NCBI GenBank assembly: GCA_002269645.1
Contig: NIVC01000271.1
Span: forward strand, 1-64,000
DNA: 64,000 nt
Source of the DNA: Macrostomum lignano
Taxonomy: Eukaryota
Reading direction: 5' to 3'
This document shows positions 48,279 to 63,103 of this stretch, in pieces; position 1 is the stretch's first letter; every line of letters starts with the position of its first letter. The position numbers and the translations under genes were made by a program. A model generated the notes under the pieces. That model saw only the letters and a program-made list of their open reading frames with translations, made no database searches and was not told the origin of the DNA.

Positions 48279-51200
48279 GTGTTGAAAGGAACAATTTGTT
48301 AAAAAGTTATGTCGAAATTGAGACTTTTTGAGCACTGAAAGTTGCTAGGAAGGTTGCAGACGGAGGCTGGGAGAGTGCAGCTCGCACACAAGGGTGGTTT
48401 TGGCGGGCGGCGGCCAGTTTCTAGGTTAGATGACGCGGAGCCCTGCGAGTCTCGGGGAAAATTGAGTTTCTGCCGCTGATTGCAAGTGTGCCAACTTTGC
48501 TTTACTTAGCCCACTCCAAGCCACCCCAGCCCCCGCAGATCCTGAGTCCTGTAAGTTTTTTTTACTTTCCTTCGCTTACCCTGAAGTTCCAACTGTTATG
48601 GAGAAAGCTCGCGGTGAAGGAGAGCAGGGAGAGATTGGGAGAGAAGGCGCAGAAAGGACTCTATGCAGCGTGTCTTGGCCAACATCTTTGAGTCTTAGCA
48701 GTGATGGGGGGCTTCTCTGCTTCTGCTGCACGCAATCGGATGCTGTGTATCCCAAATGTCTCCAATATTCTCCTGTGTACCTACTCGATTATTTGTGTCA
48801 GACAGATCCTCTCTCCTTTAACTCTGCTTTGCCAGGCAGGATGCGACACCCGGTGTTCGTGTAAATTTTATTTTGCAGGCTGGAATTTCAATTACTGGCA
48901 TTCGCTTCTGCGTGATACATGCGGATGTAGGAGGGGGCAACCTAGATCGACGTTTGCCACGTCTTGAACATGGGCGACAGGGGTTGGGGCGCCCAACTGG
49001 GGACCACTGGGGATCTATCCATCTAACCCCCTTTTTGGCCATAGACAGTGGAAATCTCCTAGGGTCAAATGGCTTTCATCAGTCACCTAGGATTTCAGGG
49101 GGATCGAATGGAACTGTACTTTTAATAAGGAAAGATGACGCAATATTTTGGCGTCCTGAGAAAAACTATGGGCATATGTACATACGTGCATCCGTACGTC
49201 GGGAAGTTTTTACAAATTTTTGGCAATTATGCTGAATTAGTTAATGCTTACATGTCGTTAAGAATGACAAAATTTCGCAATGCAGAAAGTTTACAATGTT
49301 GAAACTCATTCGTTGGCTTGTAAGCATCAATCTACACATTAGAGGTCTCAGTACCCAATTATTAATAAATACTTAAAGGTTCCATTCACCAGGTATTAAT
49401 CCCTAATTAGAGGCCCCATTGACCAGGTATTGATCCCCAATTAGAGGTCCCAATATACATGTAGATATATACGTGGTATGTCCTAAGTCCTAATCACTTT
49501 CATACTTTCACAAACTCGAAATTTCATAAACTCGAAGTTGCGAGCTAGTGAACAAGATTTTTCTACATTTATGATATAAAGTTTCGAGCATGTTATATAC
49601 CACCACTGTTATATACGTCCTTGGTGAAATTTCGAGCTTTAGAATCACTCTCTGTCTTGAAAGCATCCAAAAATGACTTTAGGAATGAGCTTCCGCCATA
49701 GACGAAAAAAATCCGTACGCTACAAGAATCTGATTGCTTTAAGAGCATACTAACAAAGAGCATTTCTTTCAGAGCACATACTTCCCAACAACGTACTGCT
49801 CGAGTTTATAACGAGCAAATCCTACGAAAGTCAACTTAATAGTTTGAGAGCCTAAAATGCGTTCATGAACGGAGGGCTTATGAATATTGTTGGTCAACTA
49901 TCCCTCTGCATGCTTATAAGTTGTGATTTATTAGCCAAGAAACCTGACAGCCATCAATCAGTGGATAATGAGCTGAGCTCTCAGTGTAGTATATGTATGT
50001 AGTGGGTGGGTTGCGGGCCCGTCAGTTTTGCTATACTCATATCAATCCACTGGAGCCTCAATGCGATTGGTTTAATACTTCAACGTCACGAAGGCCGATA
50101 TACAACCGCACAGTCGATAGTCTCTCGAGTAGCCAAAGTCAAATCTTATTCTGCCGCACTTCTGCCGTTCTGGAACGATCGCTCTTCATCGATAGATTTA
50201 TACAAATACATGTAGGAGTTTGATAGTATACGTATATAGTACATGATATGCACGTCATTATAGGGCCATCAGCGATATTTTTCTGGGTCCTACAAGGAAC
50301 GGGATTCCTCAGCTCAAGCACCCTTATCGAGTCCATTAATATGCGAGCGTCAATTCTGCCAACTGCGCTGTGCTGTGCTGATCGATTCGGGACGTCGATC
50401 TCCTGATCTGCAGGCTGCTGGAGACAAAAACCAAATTTAATACTCGATGTTATGAGCCAGGACATAGCTAAAACTTGTGGTTGTATAAAGATTTTTGCTG
50501 CCTGACAGATAAAAACTTGACACTGCCTCACCTTGGGATTTTTATAAAATCTGACAGCATTATCGACTTATAGGTATAAAAATAATTTAGTCAAACATGA
50601 ATGATGAATGTTTTCATGTGGACCATCACTGAAACATGCTGAAACATGCTGCGTCTGCATAGTATGCAAGGAAAAATAAATGCCTAACCTGCAGGGACTA
50701 TATTTATAAAGGCTGCATGTGTTGAATAATTCTGGTCTGAAGCAATTATGAATTTTAGAATTTGTATCATGCGACAGATATATTCGATCAATAGCTAAGC
50801 GTGGTCGTCACTGCGATAAAAATTAATTCATTCATGAGAATTTTTAGGTCCTAAATTTAAATGAACTGGATATTTTTCGTCTATAAATATCTTTCGTCTA
50901 ATGGTTCCAGTTACATGTTCTGTAGAAAAAAATTTGGAAAAAATATACGTATGTGTAGATTATCACATATTTTTTCATTATTGGTACTCTAAATTATTTG
51001 ATCTACACTGTAGAAGTGTTTAAAGACCTAGATACGTCTAAGGCTACGCAAAGACTGCATTAAATTAATGCGCTCGATTAAGGCTCACTATAGTCGATCA
51101 CTCTCGCCCCACAGAAAAGAGCTAGAGATATGATAACGACTGACTATAAGGAAACTATATAGCAACTATGTTTAAACAGGCCGGTCCTTTCTAGGTGTAC

Positions 51201-53426
51201 ATGCAGCTGCAGTGCATTGCCTTTCTCAAAAAATTTAAATACTTTAAATGCAAAATTTTCTATTCCACGCTACAAATATAATTTAATGAACGTGTAAAAA
51301 TGGAGAAATAGCATGCATATTCGACGCGGAAACTATTCTGGAATTCAAAGTAAATCAGGAATATTTTCTTGTACTAACAAATTTTAGCGCAGATTTTATA
51401 GATTTTGACTGAACTTACAATTTTTTGCAAGAATTTAAATTTTTTCAATAGAAAATAATGCCAAAGCATAGTCTAAACGTTAGTTTTAGTTCATTTTTAA
51501 GTTCTTTCCTGGTTTTGACTTACTCGTCACCAACTGATTTTATTGGAAACTCCCCCTGTGTTCAGTTGTTTCTGTTTAATTTCTTGGACGAATATCAATG
51601 GCTTTTAAACTTAAGCCAGTTCTGAATGATTCGCGTTGATCATAACGACAGCATTACTTTACAGATTATCAGCAGATCATAAAGGCCAAGTCTTTCTGTA
51701 GTCTAAAACTAAATCTTGCTTACTTTTATATAATAAGTGAGGAGATAAGCGTTAAACGGAAACCCGGTCGGGCGGCCAATCGATCGATCCACTCAGCTTT
51801 AGATATAAGATATATTTTCATGAGTTTTCAGTTATCACTGATTAAATTCACTAGATTAGCTTATTAATGTTAGAGGCGTATTTATTATTTAAGGGGGTAA
51901 GGTCCTCAGTTTGCTCCGCATGGCGCCCCCCCCCCTCTAGACTCTCTAGCCTAGTGTGTGTAGGCCTATATGGCATCCCTCTCGGCTAGTTGGCTCTCGC
52001 ATAAGGCCTTTATTATGACGCCCTTCTCGTGTATATTAATGACGCCCCCACTCTTAGTCTTATTGGTAAAATTCGCCCACTCATTTTATATTTCTAAATA
52101 TGCCTCTGATTAATGTTATGATAGGCCTAGGCTAGGCCTAGTGAAGCCATGACCAGCCAAAAAGTAGCTAAATTTGCATTTTTTCACCTATGAATAAAGT
52201 CAAACACTATATCATATGCCATTCCAGAAAATACCAATTTCAACTTAGGACCTAATTTAATACCAAGTATAAAAAGTTATTAAGCAATTTAAGGTAAATT
52301 TATTTACACTTATAAAATAAGTATTAATTATATACTTATATATTTATATATATTATATATTATTTATATAAGTATAAATTTATACTTATAAATAATGATT
52401 TCATAAGCTATGCTATAGGCCCCTAGCTATCTATGGTTTATTAAAGCACAAGCCCAAAAGTATTTCATTAATATTTCATTGATAAATCAATTTTTTGATT
52501 TAATTTTCTTTAAGATCTATAGAAAATTAGTCTGTTTTAATTGTATAAAGGTATACTCAGCAGATTTTTTGTAGTTTTTGTATAGTAGTATAGACCATCT
52601 ATGATTATATAATGTCTCCAATTTGTTTTGTTTTTTGTAAAGTTATTGTAGGTCTAGATAAAATTTTATATATTAAGTTATTTCTTAACTTCAAGCAACA
52701 AGGCAAACCTACTAAAAAGTAAAAAAGGAATTTTATCTAAATTTCATTTATAAGACAATATAACAAACTGGTTAAAATTAGAAAATGGGTTTTATATTGA
52801 CTTTGCATTTTATAATAACCTTTTATATTTGATGTAGGGTCACTTCAATCCCTAACCTAATATAATCTTATAAACTGCCACTAAGTTGTCACAGGGCTAA
52901 ATTTCTTTCTATTAAAATCTCCATTAAGTCTCCAAAGTTGTACTAATAGTTCTTAAATGTAATACTTGTACTTTTACAGATGTTGTACTTTTAGTAGTGT
53001 ATATATGTACTGGTAGCACATGTATTAATCTACTGGTAGCATATATACATATATTATACTTTTGGCCTGAGTGGACTTATAGAACTGACTATCCTATCTC
53101 TATACTATAAGGTTTTTTTATTCTTTCAGTCTTAGGCATTCCTAGGATCAGAGGGTCATAGCTTATTTCCTAGATATTCCCCCTGAGGTAGGTTTTCAGA
53201 CTCTGATTCTGGACTATTCTACCCTTGTGGTAGGATTTCTGCCTTCTACAGGTGATTTCCCAGACTCTAAATCTGGATATATCATTCTCGATGAATGAAT
53301 TGAATTCTTTTAATCTTGAGGCTATTCCTAAGTCACTATCTACTACTCAAAATAAGTAACACAAGCAAATATAAGCCCTAAGGCTAATTTGACTTTTATC
53401 TTACACAAAGTAAAAGTAAATACCTA

Positions 53427-53750
53427 GTGAAAAAGCACCTCAAGATACACAGAGAAAGAGAACTTAGCCAAAAGCTAGAGAATCAGCAACATATTAAACT
53501 CTACAAAAACGCCTATCTCTACAAAAAAATCTGCAGGCCCGACCTTTCAGATTACTTTCCATGTACTTTTAGAAACAAAAAATTCCTTACAACCCTTCTA
53601 AAACTGAAATGCGAAATTACACCCAACATTTTCTCTCATGAAGCATGTAGACTGTGTGGAGTGAGAAATGGTTCCGATATCCTACGCTACTTGACCGAAT
53701 GTCCACAAACTGAAAAGATCAGAAAAAATACTTCTGTCAGTACCTCTTAA
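53427..53750 (+). pseudogene. Degenerate non-LTR retrotransposon (LINE) ORF2 C-terminal fragment
   Basis: CRLC-x-ECP zinc-knuckle-like motif typical of LINE ORF2 ends; AT-rich surroundings, no RT domain visible. Confidence 0.45.
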
Positions 53751-54080
53751 ATGACAAGCAAGTACACAAGTTAGGATATGCTACAAATGAAAAAGAGTCA
53801 GAAAAGAGCTCACTGGTGTAGCTAAAATATATGAAGTCATGAATAGCTAAAACAGTTATGCAAACTGAAACAGATATATCAGCAGTGTAATAAATCCGCT
53901 TTTCATTTGTTTATTCATTTACTGTCTTTTTAATTTCCTATTTAATTAGTATTTAATTAGTTTCCTATCTAATACCTATTTAAATCGTCGTTATTCGTTA
54001 AATGTAAAGTTCTTTCGAAGTATGTTCATGTTCGTTTTTCACGCTTTGAAATATCGCGCGCTTGCAAAATACTACATCTT

Positions 54081-54368
54081 TTAACAAAAAAACGCTCTTT
54101 CAAATACCTTAATAATTTTACAAATATCGTAACTCGCATCGTTACTCATGTAAAAATTTAACCTTTTGAACAAATTTAACCTTTTGAACTTAATCGTAAT
54201 TAAACAACTAATGCTAAAATATCTTAAATACACAGAAATATACTGGCCAAACAAGCTTCTTGCCTGAGCCAACTTACTACTACTACAAAAAGGCTTTAAA
54301 AAGCTGAAATAGATCAAGTTCGAAGCAAGCTTAACAAGTTTATCAAGTAACAAGTTCAAGGCTCTCAA
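54081..54368 (-). pseudogene. Possible second LINE ORF2 C-terminal remnant
   Basis: YMSNDASYDICKIIKVFERAFF resembles LINE C-termini; weak. Confidence 0.25.
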
Positions 54369-56211
54369 CTGGCTTCCTTTTATAGTAAAATTCTCCTACT
54401 ATTTAAAACAAAACAACATATAAAATATACAAAATATATAAAATATTTCTAATATTTGTACAGTATAACAAACAATAGAGTTTTGAATTTTTACATTTTT
54501 AAGAAAGTTAGTCTACTAGAAATGAAGCCTATAACATGTTACAAGGGTATCCTCATTTTTTCATTTTTTTATTTTATCCTCATTTTATCCTCAATAGTGG
54601 CATTTTTTCTACTAAGATAAAAATGTATAATACTATTTTTTATATTTATTAAGTAATTGGTTTATTTTAGTTTAGCACTAAAAGTCCATTTTTTTGTATA
54701 TATTTATCATTTTAGACCTACCATTGGCCATAAAAATATACAAATTATATTACTTTTATGTTAGCATAAAAGAAGAGTATATATAAGGCTATGCAAATGT
54801 GGAATTAGAAAACAATAGCCAATAGTAAGCAAGATTTGTTCTAGGCATAGAGGCTAATATTCACTTAGCAGGAAAAATATGTGCTAGTTTTTTTGCTAGT
54901 GCCAAGATATAAAATTACACCCAAAGTCCAATTTCAAGATACAATTTAGATAGTCAAGATATTATATAGCATCTGTTGAGAAAATAATAAGACTAAAAAA
55001 CTTAGCTAACAACATTTAAATTAGAGTTAAATTGATACTGAGAGAGAAGGAGCAGTAAGTGGGTGTAGGACCCAAACCAGTATATTTATATGACATTAAA
55101 TTGCAGGGGGGGGGTTTGAATTGAAGATAATAAAGAGAGGGGTAGAGTGCGCAACTAAAGAGAGAGGTGAGAATGGAGAGCCAATCAGAAGGCAGCAAGA
55201 GAGAAAGAGATAAGTATAACAAGATCGAGCTAGACAAAGAGAGAAAACAGTAAACAGAGACAAGTGAAGGTGAACTAAAGAAATGACTAAGAAAGTTGCA
55301 ACCACATCTATAATTGCATAAAAAACCTAGCATAGGTTTTTCATTGGTGCTAAAATATAAAATCATACCTATGGTCTAATTTGAAGATGTAATTTCGAAA
55401 GTTAAGATGCTATAACATCTATATCACATAAATAAACCTAGGATATTTGCAATTTTTGCATTTTGGAATTTTAGCACTTTGGTAACTGCTGCTAAGGCAT
55501 ATATAAAAGAATGGAGATTGCATATTAGATGCTATACACTGATGTTATACACTAATGTATTATTTATGGTAATCCAATTGATTCACTTTACTATCATTAG
55601 CAGAAGTATATCTAGTTATACAGAAACTAATGCCTATAGATGATTATGAGTTATTGCTTAACTGTGTATATAAATACATTGTGGGTCTTATTTAGAACTT
55701 GTTCTAGGTTTTATTGTGTTTGTTCAATTTTTGAAATTCTAAGTTAAAAATTGCTAGATTGTGTTGCTTTTTATGTTGTAATTTCCTAATAAACTGTTCT
55801 ATTAGAATCAGTCTTACACACAAAAGTAATATCACTTCTTGGATATCCCTTGTAGAACTAAGCTTTTTTGTTCAGTTTAAAATACAAAAGCCCATAGCCT
55901 AATTGTCTATGAAGTTTACATTTTCATATGCTTTCTCATAAATAAGATGACATACTTTCTTATTATGCCAATGAAAACTATTCATAGATATTAAAGTGCC
56001 AATATAGTGTGTACAAGTACATGTCACTCTGCTCTAGTGTACACCTAAATATAGCCTTGGGATAATTTTTTACACTGGCATATACTAGCAAATGCTTTGA
56101 ATAGCATATTAAGCTTGCATTTTCTGCATTATCCAAACTGTGACAGGGTAGGATAAAAAGGAATTATGAGATGGTTATCAAAAATAATAATTTTTATTGA
56201 CATCAAATCCT

Positions 56212-56754
56212 TTGCCCTCCAGCCTCATTGAGAATCGCCCTCCAGCCTCATTGAGAATCGCCCTCCAGCCTCATTGAGAATCGCCCTCCAGCCTCATTGA
56301 GAATCGCCCTCCAGCCTCATTGAGAATCGCCCTCCAGCCTCATTGAGAATCGCCCTCCAGCCTCATTGAGAATCGCCCTCCAGTCTCATTGAGAATCGCC
56401 CTCCAGCCTCATTGAGAATCGCCCTCCAGCCTCATTGAAAATTGCCCTCCAGTCTCATTGAGAATCGCCCTCCAGCCTCATTGAAAATCGCCCTCCAGCC
56501 TCATTGAGAATCGCCCTCCAGCCTCATTGCGAATCGCCCTCCAGCCTCATTGCGAATCGCCCTCCAGCCTCATTGAGAATCGCCCTCCAGCCTCATTGAG
56601 AATCGCCCTCCAGCCTCATTGCGAATCGCCCTCCAGCCTCATTGCGAATCGCCCTCCAGCCTCATTGAGAATCGCCCTCCAGCCTCATTGAGAATCGCCC
56701 TCCAGCCTCATTGAGAATCGCCCTCCAGCCTCATTGAGAATTGCCCTCCAGCCT
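56212..56754. repeat. 23-bp minisatellite (GCCCTCCAGCCTCATTGAGAATC), about 23 copies
   Basis: Direct tandem repeat upstream of the SLC26 ATG. Confidence 0.95.
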
Positions 56755-57272
56755 AAAGAAATCAATTGGTGCACCTGTACACTTTAAGCATGTTTAAAAT
56801 CCTTAAATTGAGCAATCAAAGAATTTAAATTGCATTAAAGCTTGATTTTATTGCTCAAAGAGTAACAAAACTGAATAAAGTTAGGTTAACTATGAAAAAA
56901 GTTTCTGTGATGCTGTGCAGCTGTGCGCCTAGGATCAGAGTTTGCCTACGCTATTGCAAATTTTACAGGGCACCCCTGTGTTTTTTATAGATTTTTTCTA
57001 ATTTTTGTTAGAAATTGTCAGAATAGTCTTTAATTTAAATGCAACTTATCCTTGGTCTGCCACAATTTAAGATATGCACGACCAGATTGGCTGGGTTGTT
57101 TGGCAGTTGAGCATTTATGATTGTTGAAAGTACCTAAACGAATGTCCAGTGTACTAATATTTTGTGTTTTTTGTGCTAAAGATATCATATCAAATAGTAT
57201 CATCATATATCAATTGTTCATTTAATGCAACACAGTTATAAACAAGTCATGCCTCAAATACATTAATATAGT

Positions 57273-60200
57273 ATGGCAACATCCAGCATGAATGGTCACT
57301 CAGCAGCAGTGGCAGCAGCTTCAGTATCAGATCAGAATAATAGTGCAGCTGCATCACTATTTGCTGATTCCTTGCCCGGTAGTCAGCGACGCATCAGTGG
57401 CAGCCTCTATGATGAAGAAGAAGACGACTTAGATGACGAAGAGCATCATCTTAATCAATCCTTGTCGTCACTGTCCAGTAGAAACTGTCACTATCGACCA
57501 TTGTTAAACGAAGGCGAAGAGACAAGGCGGCAGGCGGGTAGAAATAAAGATCGTCATCGTCGGAAGCCAACAATTCTAACGCAGACTCATTTCGATGCTA
57601 GGTATCGGTTTACTCGGCCTAAAACTAGTAGCTTATCCTTGCGTCAGCTGCTATCTGGCACCGGTTTCGGTGGTGCCGGCAACGATGGGCATTGCTCGAA
57701 GCGTTGCCTATTAGACTGCCTGTTAAGCCTGTTCCCATTTATTAGTGTAATCCGTCAGTACCAGTGGAGGTCAGATCTTATTGCCGATACTATAGCCGGA
57801 TTAACGGTTGGTATCATGAACATACCACAGGGCATGGCCTACGCTATGCTAGCCGATTTGCCACCAGTTTGCGGCCTATATCTGGGATTCTTCCCATTGA
57901 TATTGTACTTCTTCTTTGGCACATCTAGACAGGTTAGCATGGGCACATTCGCTCTGTCTAGCCTAATGGTTGCCGTGCCAGTAGTTCGTATTGTTGGCGT
58001 ACAATTAACTCCAGCTCTAGCTGACATTCTTGGCCCGCTGCCAACTATGAGCATTTCGACTGAAGCTCCTGTTGCCATAATTAATAATGCAACAACTAGC
58101 CTACCTGTGCCGCATGGCAACTACACGGAAGATGGATTGAATCAATATCGAATTCAGGTGGCTTTAAGTGTCACATTGTTGGCCGGTCTAATTCAAATTG
58201 GTCTTGGCCTGTTTCGATTCGGATTTATAACCATCTATTTGAGCACTCCGTTGGTTTCCGGATTCACTACTGGGGCTGCGTTTCACGTTATGACGTCGCA
58301 GGTTGGTCTTTATTAATCTTGGCTGTGGCCTAGATTTGAGACTAGAATGCCAGTAGTGCTTTTGGCCTAGTTTGGAGGTCTACCTGCAGTTTGAGTAGCT
58401 TGAAGAAGAGCTTTCTGTTCTGTCTGTCCATTTTTGAAATCAAAGTCCCAGATCAAGGATATACTAATATCATTCGGGGCATTTTTTAACCGATCTGTGA
58501 ATTTTTATTTTTCGGTGCTTTTAATTGCACAATCTTTCTTTTCAGCGTCTAATAGTACATGTAACAGCTGTTTAGGCTTAGATTGCACCTCCACCTCCGA
58601 GGCAGAGAGTGTACATGTCTGACGGTTATAAAGTCATGGTTGGTGTACATCCTGTCTGAGTGTGTGTATGAATGAGTGCGTGGCCTGCGATAATATGTGC
58701 TCAAGAGTCAATGGAATGGTCAGAATTTGCCTCACAGCTGGTTGTGGGATGATGTCGCCGAAGGGTCCCCACAGACCTGCAGTTGTCATTGTTACTATTC
58801 AGGGTCCCAGTGGGTTGTACTTTTCGCTTTTATAAGTCGCTTTACTAAAAACTTCTAACCTTCAACCCGTCCCAGGTGCCAGCCATATTCGGCATTAAGG
58901 TGCCGCGTCACGCCAGCTCCTTCAAGCTGATCCACTCCTATATGGACATTATCGATAGATTGCCGGACTCAAATCCTGCCAGCGTGATCATATCAATAGT
59001 GTGCATCTGTCTGCTACTGTTATTCAGATTAATAATTAATGCTAAACTATCAAAACTGTGCCGTTTCCCGGTGCCAATCGAACTGATCCTGGTTGTGCTG
59101 GGCACTTCCATTGGACATTTCGGTCATTTGCACACAGCCTACGCAGTTGATATTGTTGGCGAGATACCGAGCGGATTGCGGGCGCCCAGTATGCCGTCGA
59201 TTGGCTTGTTTCACCTGGTCTGGCAGGACGCTTTCATGCTAGCTATCATAATGTACGTTTGCACCTTTTCTATATGCAAGATCTACGCTAATAAGCATGG
59301 CTACTTGCTAGATTCTAATCAGGAGTTATTAGCTAGCGGCATTGTTAACACTGTTGGACCCGTGTTTGGTTGCTACTTCTCTGCCGGATCGTTAAGTCGA
59401 TCGCAGGTGCAAGAGGATATGGGCGGTCGGACTCAGGTGATTTTGCATTACATCCTTACATCATTCTGATTCTGTGTGGATTTTCTGATGCTAACTTGTG
59501 TCTTCTTGTGCGTGTCTTCCTGATGTCTCATCTGACAAGTTTCTTGGGGATGTGTCTCATCCTGATGTGTGTCTTGGGGATGTGTCTCATCCTGATGTGT
59601 GTCTTGGTGATGTGTCTCATCCTGATGTGTGTCTTGGCGATGTGTCTCATCCTGATGTGTGTCTTGGCGATGTGTCTCATCCTGATGTGTGTCTTGGCGA
59701 TGTGTCTCATCCTGATGTGTGTCTTGGCGATGTGTCTCATCCTGATGTGTGTCTTGGCGATGTGTCTCATCCTGATGTGTGTCTTGGCGATGTGTCTCAT
59801 CCTGATGTGTGTCTTGGCGATGTGTCTCATCCTGATGTGTGTCTTGGCGATGTGTCTCATCCTGATGTGTGTCTTGGTGATGTGCGTCTTGGTGATTTGT
59901 CTCATCCTGATGTGTGTCTTGGTGATGTGTCTCATCCTGATGTGTGTCTTGGCGATGTGTCTCAGTCATCCTCTCCATGTTTCCTCATTGCGCCCTCGTA
60001 CTGATAAATTTGCCTATATGACTTCTTGAGCACCACATTAACTCCAACCCGCCTCTGCAGGTTGCCAGCCTGATCGCAGCGAGTCTCATGATATTCGTAC
60101 TGCTATTCCTTGGACCACTATTTCGCGAACTGCCAACTGCAGTGCTAGCTTGCATTATCATCGTAGCTTTAAAAGGCTTATTTATGCAATTTGGAGACGC

Positions 60201-62253
60201 TGTGAAACTTTATCGCATATCAAAATATGACTTTAGCATTTGGATTGTCTGCTTTTTTGGAGTTGTAATTCTCAATGTGAGCTACGGACTCATGCTAGGA
60301 TTTGCTTACAGTCTGCTAACGGTTGTCTGCCGAACGCAATCGCCAAGTACATCTATTCTCGGCCGGTTGCCGACCACGGACATCTATAAGGATGTGAGGT
60401 TCTATCCCAGCGCCGTACAGGTGCCGGGGGTTGCGGTGTTTCGCTTCGACGGAGCTCTGTACTTTGCTAGCGTTGACAATTTTCGGTATCGGCTGATGAA
60501 GTTGACCGGGTTTGACCCGAAACTGGCCGAGGCTCAGCAGCTGGAGCAGGTGAGGGAGGCGTGTCTTATATGCATCTGCATTGCGGACTGAACTTTGATT
60601 TCTTTTTATTCTATTAACTAACTTTTGACTAGCATGCAAATTACACCACTGAGAATCGCCCTCCAGCCTCATTGAGAATCGCCCTCCAGCCTCATTGAGA
60701 ATCGCCCCTCCAGCCTCATCGAGAATCGCCCTCCAGCCCCATTGAGAATCGCCCTCCAGCCTCATTGAGAATCGCCCTCCAGTCCCATTGAGAATCGCCC
60801 TCCAGCTTCATTGAGAATGGCTCTCCAACATTTTTGACAATCGCCCTCCAGCCCCTTTGAGAATCGCCCCAACCCTAAGAATCGCCCAACCCTGAGAATC
60901 GCCCCAACCCTGAGAATCGCCCCAACCCTGAGAATCGCCCCAACCCTAAGAATCGCCCCAACCCTAAGAATCGCCCCAACCCTGTGAATCGCCCCAACCC
61001 TAAGAATCGCCCCAACCCCAAGAATTGCCCAACCCTGAGAATCGCCCCAACCCTGTGAATCGCCCCAACCCTAAGAATCGCCCCAACCCTGTGAATCGCC
61101 CCAACCCTGAGAATCGCCCCAACCCTGAGAATCGCCCCAACCCTGAGAATCGCCCCAACCCTAAGAATCGCCCCAACCCTAAGAATCGCCCCAACCCTGT
61201 GAATCGCCCCAACCCTAAGAATCGCCCCAACCCCAAGAATTGCCCAACCCTGAGAATCGCCCCAACCCTGTGAATCGCCCCAACCCTAAGAATCGCCCCA
61301 ACCCTGTGAATCGCCCCAACCCTGAGAATCGCCCCAACCCTGAGAATCGCCCCAACCCAAAGAATCGCCCAACCCTGAAAATCGCCCCAACCCTGAGAAT
61401 CGCCCCAACCCTGAGAATCGCCCCAACCCTGAGAATCGCCCCAACCCTGTGAATCGCCCCAACCCTAAGAATCGCCCCAACCCTAAGAATTGCCCAACCC
61501 TGAGAATCGCCGCAACCCTGTGAATCGCCCCAACCCTAAGAATCGCCCCAACCCTGTGAATCGCCTCAACCCTGAGAATCGCCCCAACACTGAGAATCGC
61601 CCCAACCCTGAGAATCGCCCCAACCCAAAGAATCGCCCAACCCTGAAAATCGCCCCAACCCTGAGAATCGCCCCAACCCTGAGAATCGCCCCTCAACCCT
61701 AGCAACTCATATCATCTCAAATCCCAATCAACATCACCAGGAGGCGCAGCACCGCCAGCAGCAGCTGGAGCTGTCCCCGCAGTCGTTAGCCGCCGATGAT
61801 GAAGCCGGCTCCAACAGTGCGGCCCCCTCGGACACGGCCAGCAGCAGCAGCCATCAGACCAACCAGTCCACCCGCCTGCACCACATCATAGTTGAATGCT
61901 CGGGCATCAACTACATCGACAGTGTCGGCGCCAGTTTTCTACGCGTCTTAATCGCCGATTATCAACGCGTAGGCGTGTCAATCCTATTCGCCTGTTGCAA
62001 GCATCAATTCCGCCGGATGTTAGAGCGCAGCGAGTTCGCTGACAAGTACAGCGTGTACGTTTCTGTACACGACGCGGTACTGAGCGCCCTGGCTGATTAT
62101 CCCAATCAGCGAGCACGACTGGCCTCAGACGCTAGGAGCGGCTCGTCTATAGTTGACACGGCGGATACCGCGGCTGTGTTTGAAAGTCAGCGATTGCTGC
62201 AGCAGACTGGCGAGTCGCGTGATACCAGCAGCCGGGCTGGATTGAACGTTTGA
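57273..62253 (+). CDS. SLC26: SLC26/SulP family anion exchanger (prestin/pendrin-like) with STAS domain, 4 exons, 863 aa
   Basis: Exons 57273-58301, 58876-59436, 60061-60549, 61741-62253, all phase 0 GT-AG, total 2592 nt. Motifs DTIAGLTVGIMNIPQGMAYAMLA, FFGTSRQVSMGTFA, GSLSRS, FRFDGALYFA, NYIDSVG. Subfamily not assignable by eye. Confidence 0.93.
59545..59962. repeat. 30-bp minisatellite (TGTGTCTCATCCTGATGTGTGTCTTGGCGA), about 14 copies
   Basis: SLC26 intron 2. Confidence 0.95.
60648..61700. repeat. 23-bp array grading into an 18-bp array (GCCCCAACCCTGAGAATC)
   Basis: SLC26 intron 3. Confidence 0.95.
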
Positions 62254-62384
62254 GGCTTCTGTTTGTGTTTTTTGTGTGCTGTTGCTGCACACGGCATTCT
62301 TTAAACAAGGAAAAGTTAGTCAGTTAGGAAGGACAGGATTTTCCTTTGTTTTTTAGATACTTAGCCAGTTCTTTAGTTATTTTT

Positions 62385-62406
62385 ATTTACTTAGTTAGTT
62401 AGTCAC

Positions 62407-62439
<33 letters not shown>

Positions 62440-62593
62440 CAGTTAGTTAGTCAGTTAGTCAGTTAGTCAGTTAGTTACTTAGTCAGTTAGTTAGTCAGTT
62501 AGTTAGTCAGTTAGTTAGTCAGTTAGTTAGTCAGTTAGTTAGTTAGTTAGTTAGTCAGTCAGTTAGTTAGTCAGTCAGTTAGTCAGTCAGTTG

Positions 62594-62635
<42 letters not shown>

Positions 62636-62840
62636 CAGTCAGTTAGTTAGTCAGTCAGTTAGTTAGTCAGTTAGTTAGTTAGTCAGTCAGTTAGTTAGTC
62701 AGTCAGTTAGTTAGTCAGTTAGTTAGTTAGTTAGTTAGTCAGTCAGTTAGTTAGTTAGTTAGTCAGTCAGTCAGTTAGTTAGTTAGTTAGTCAGTCAGTT
62801 AGTTAGTCAGTCAGTTAGTCAGTCAGTCAGTTAGTCAGTC

Positions 62841-62875
<35 letters not shown>

Positions 62876-62908
62876 CAGTCAGTTAGTTAGTCAGTCAGTT
62901 AGTCAGTC

Positions 62909-62971
<63 letters not shown>

Positions 62972-63068
62972 CAGTCAGTTAGTCAGTCAGTCAGTTAGTT
63001 AGTTAGTTAGTTAGTTAGTCAGTCAGTTAGTTAGTCAGTCAGTTAGTTAGTCAGTCAGTTAGTCAGTC

Positions 63069-63103
<35 letters not shown>

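Noticed and set aside
49993-50531. Moderately GC-rich patch with short ORFs on both strands
   Set aside because: No frame gave a recognisable protein or a consistent exon chain.
51888-51905. TTAA-GGGGGTAAGG as a Kolobok/piggyBac-like terminus
   Set aside because: No matching inverted end found in the window.
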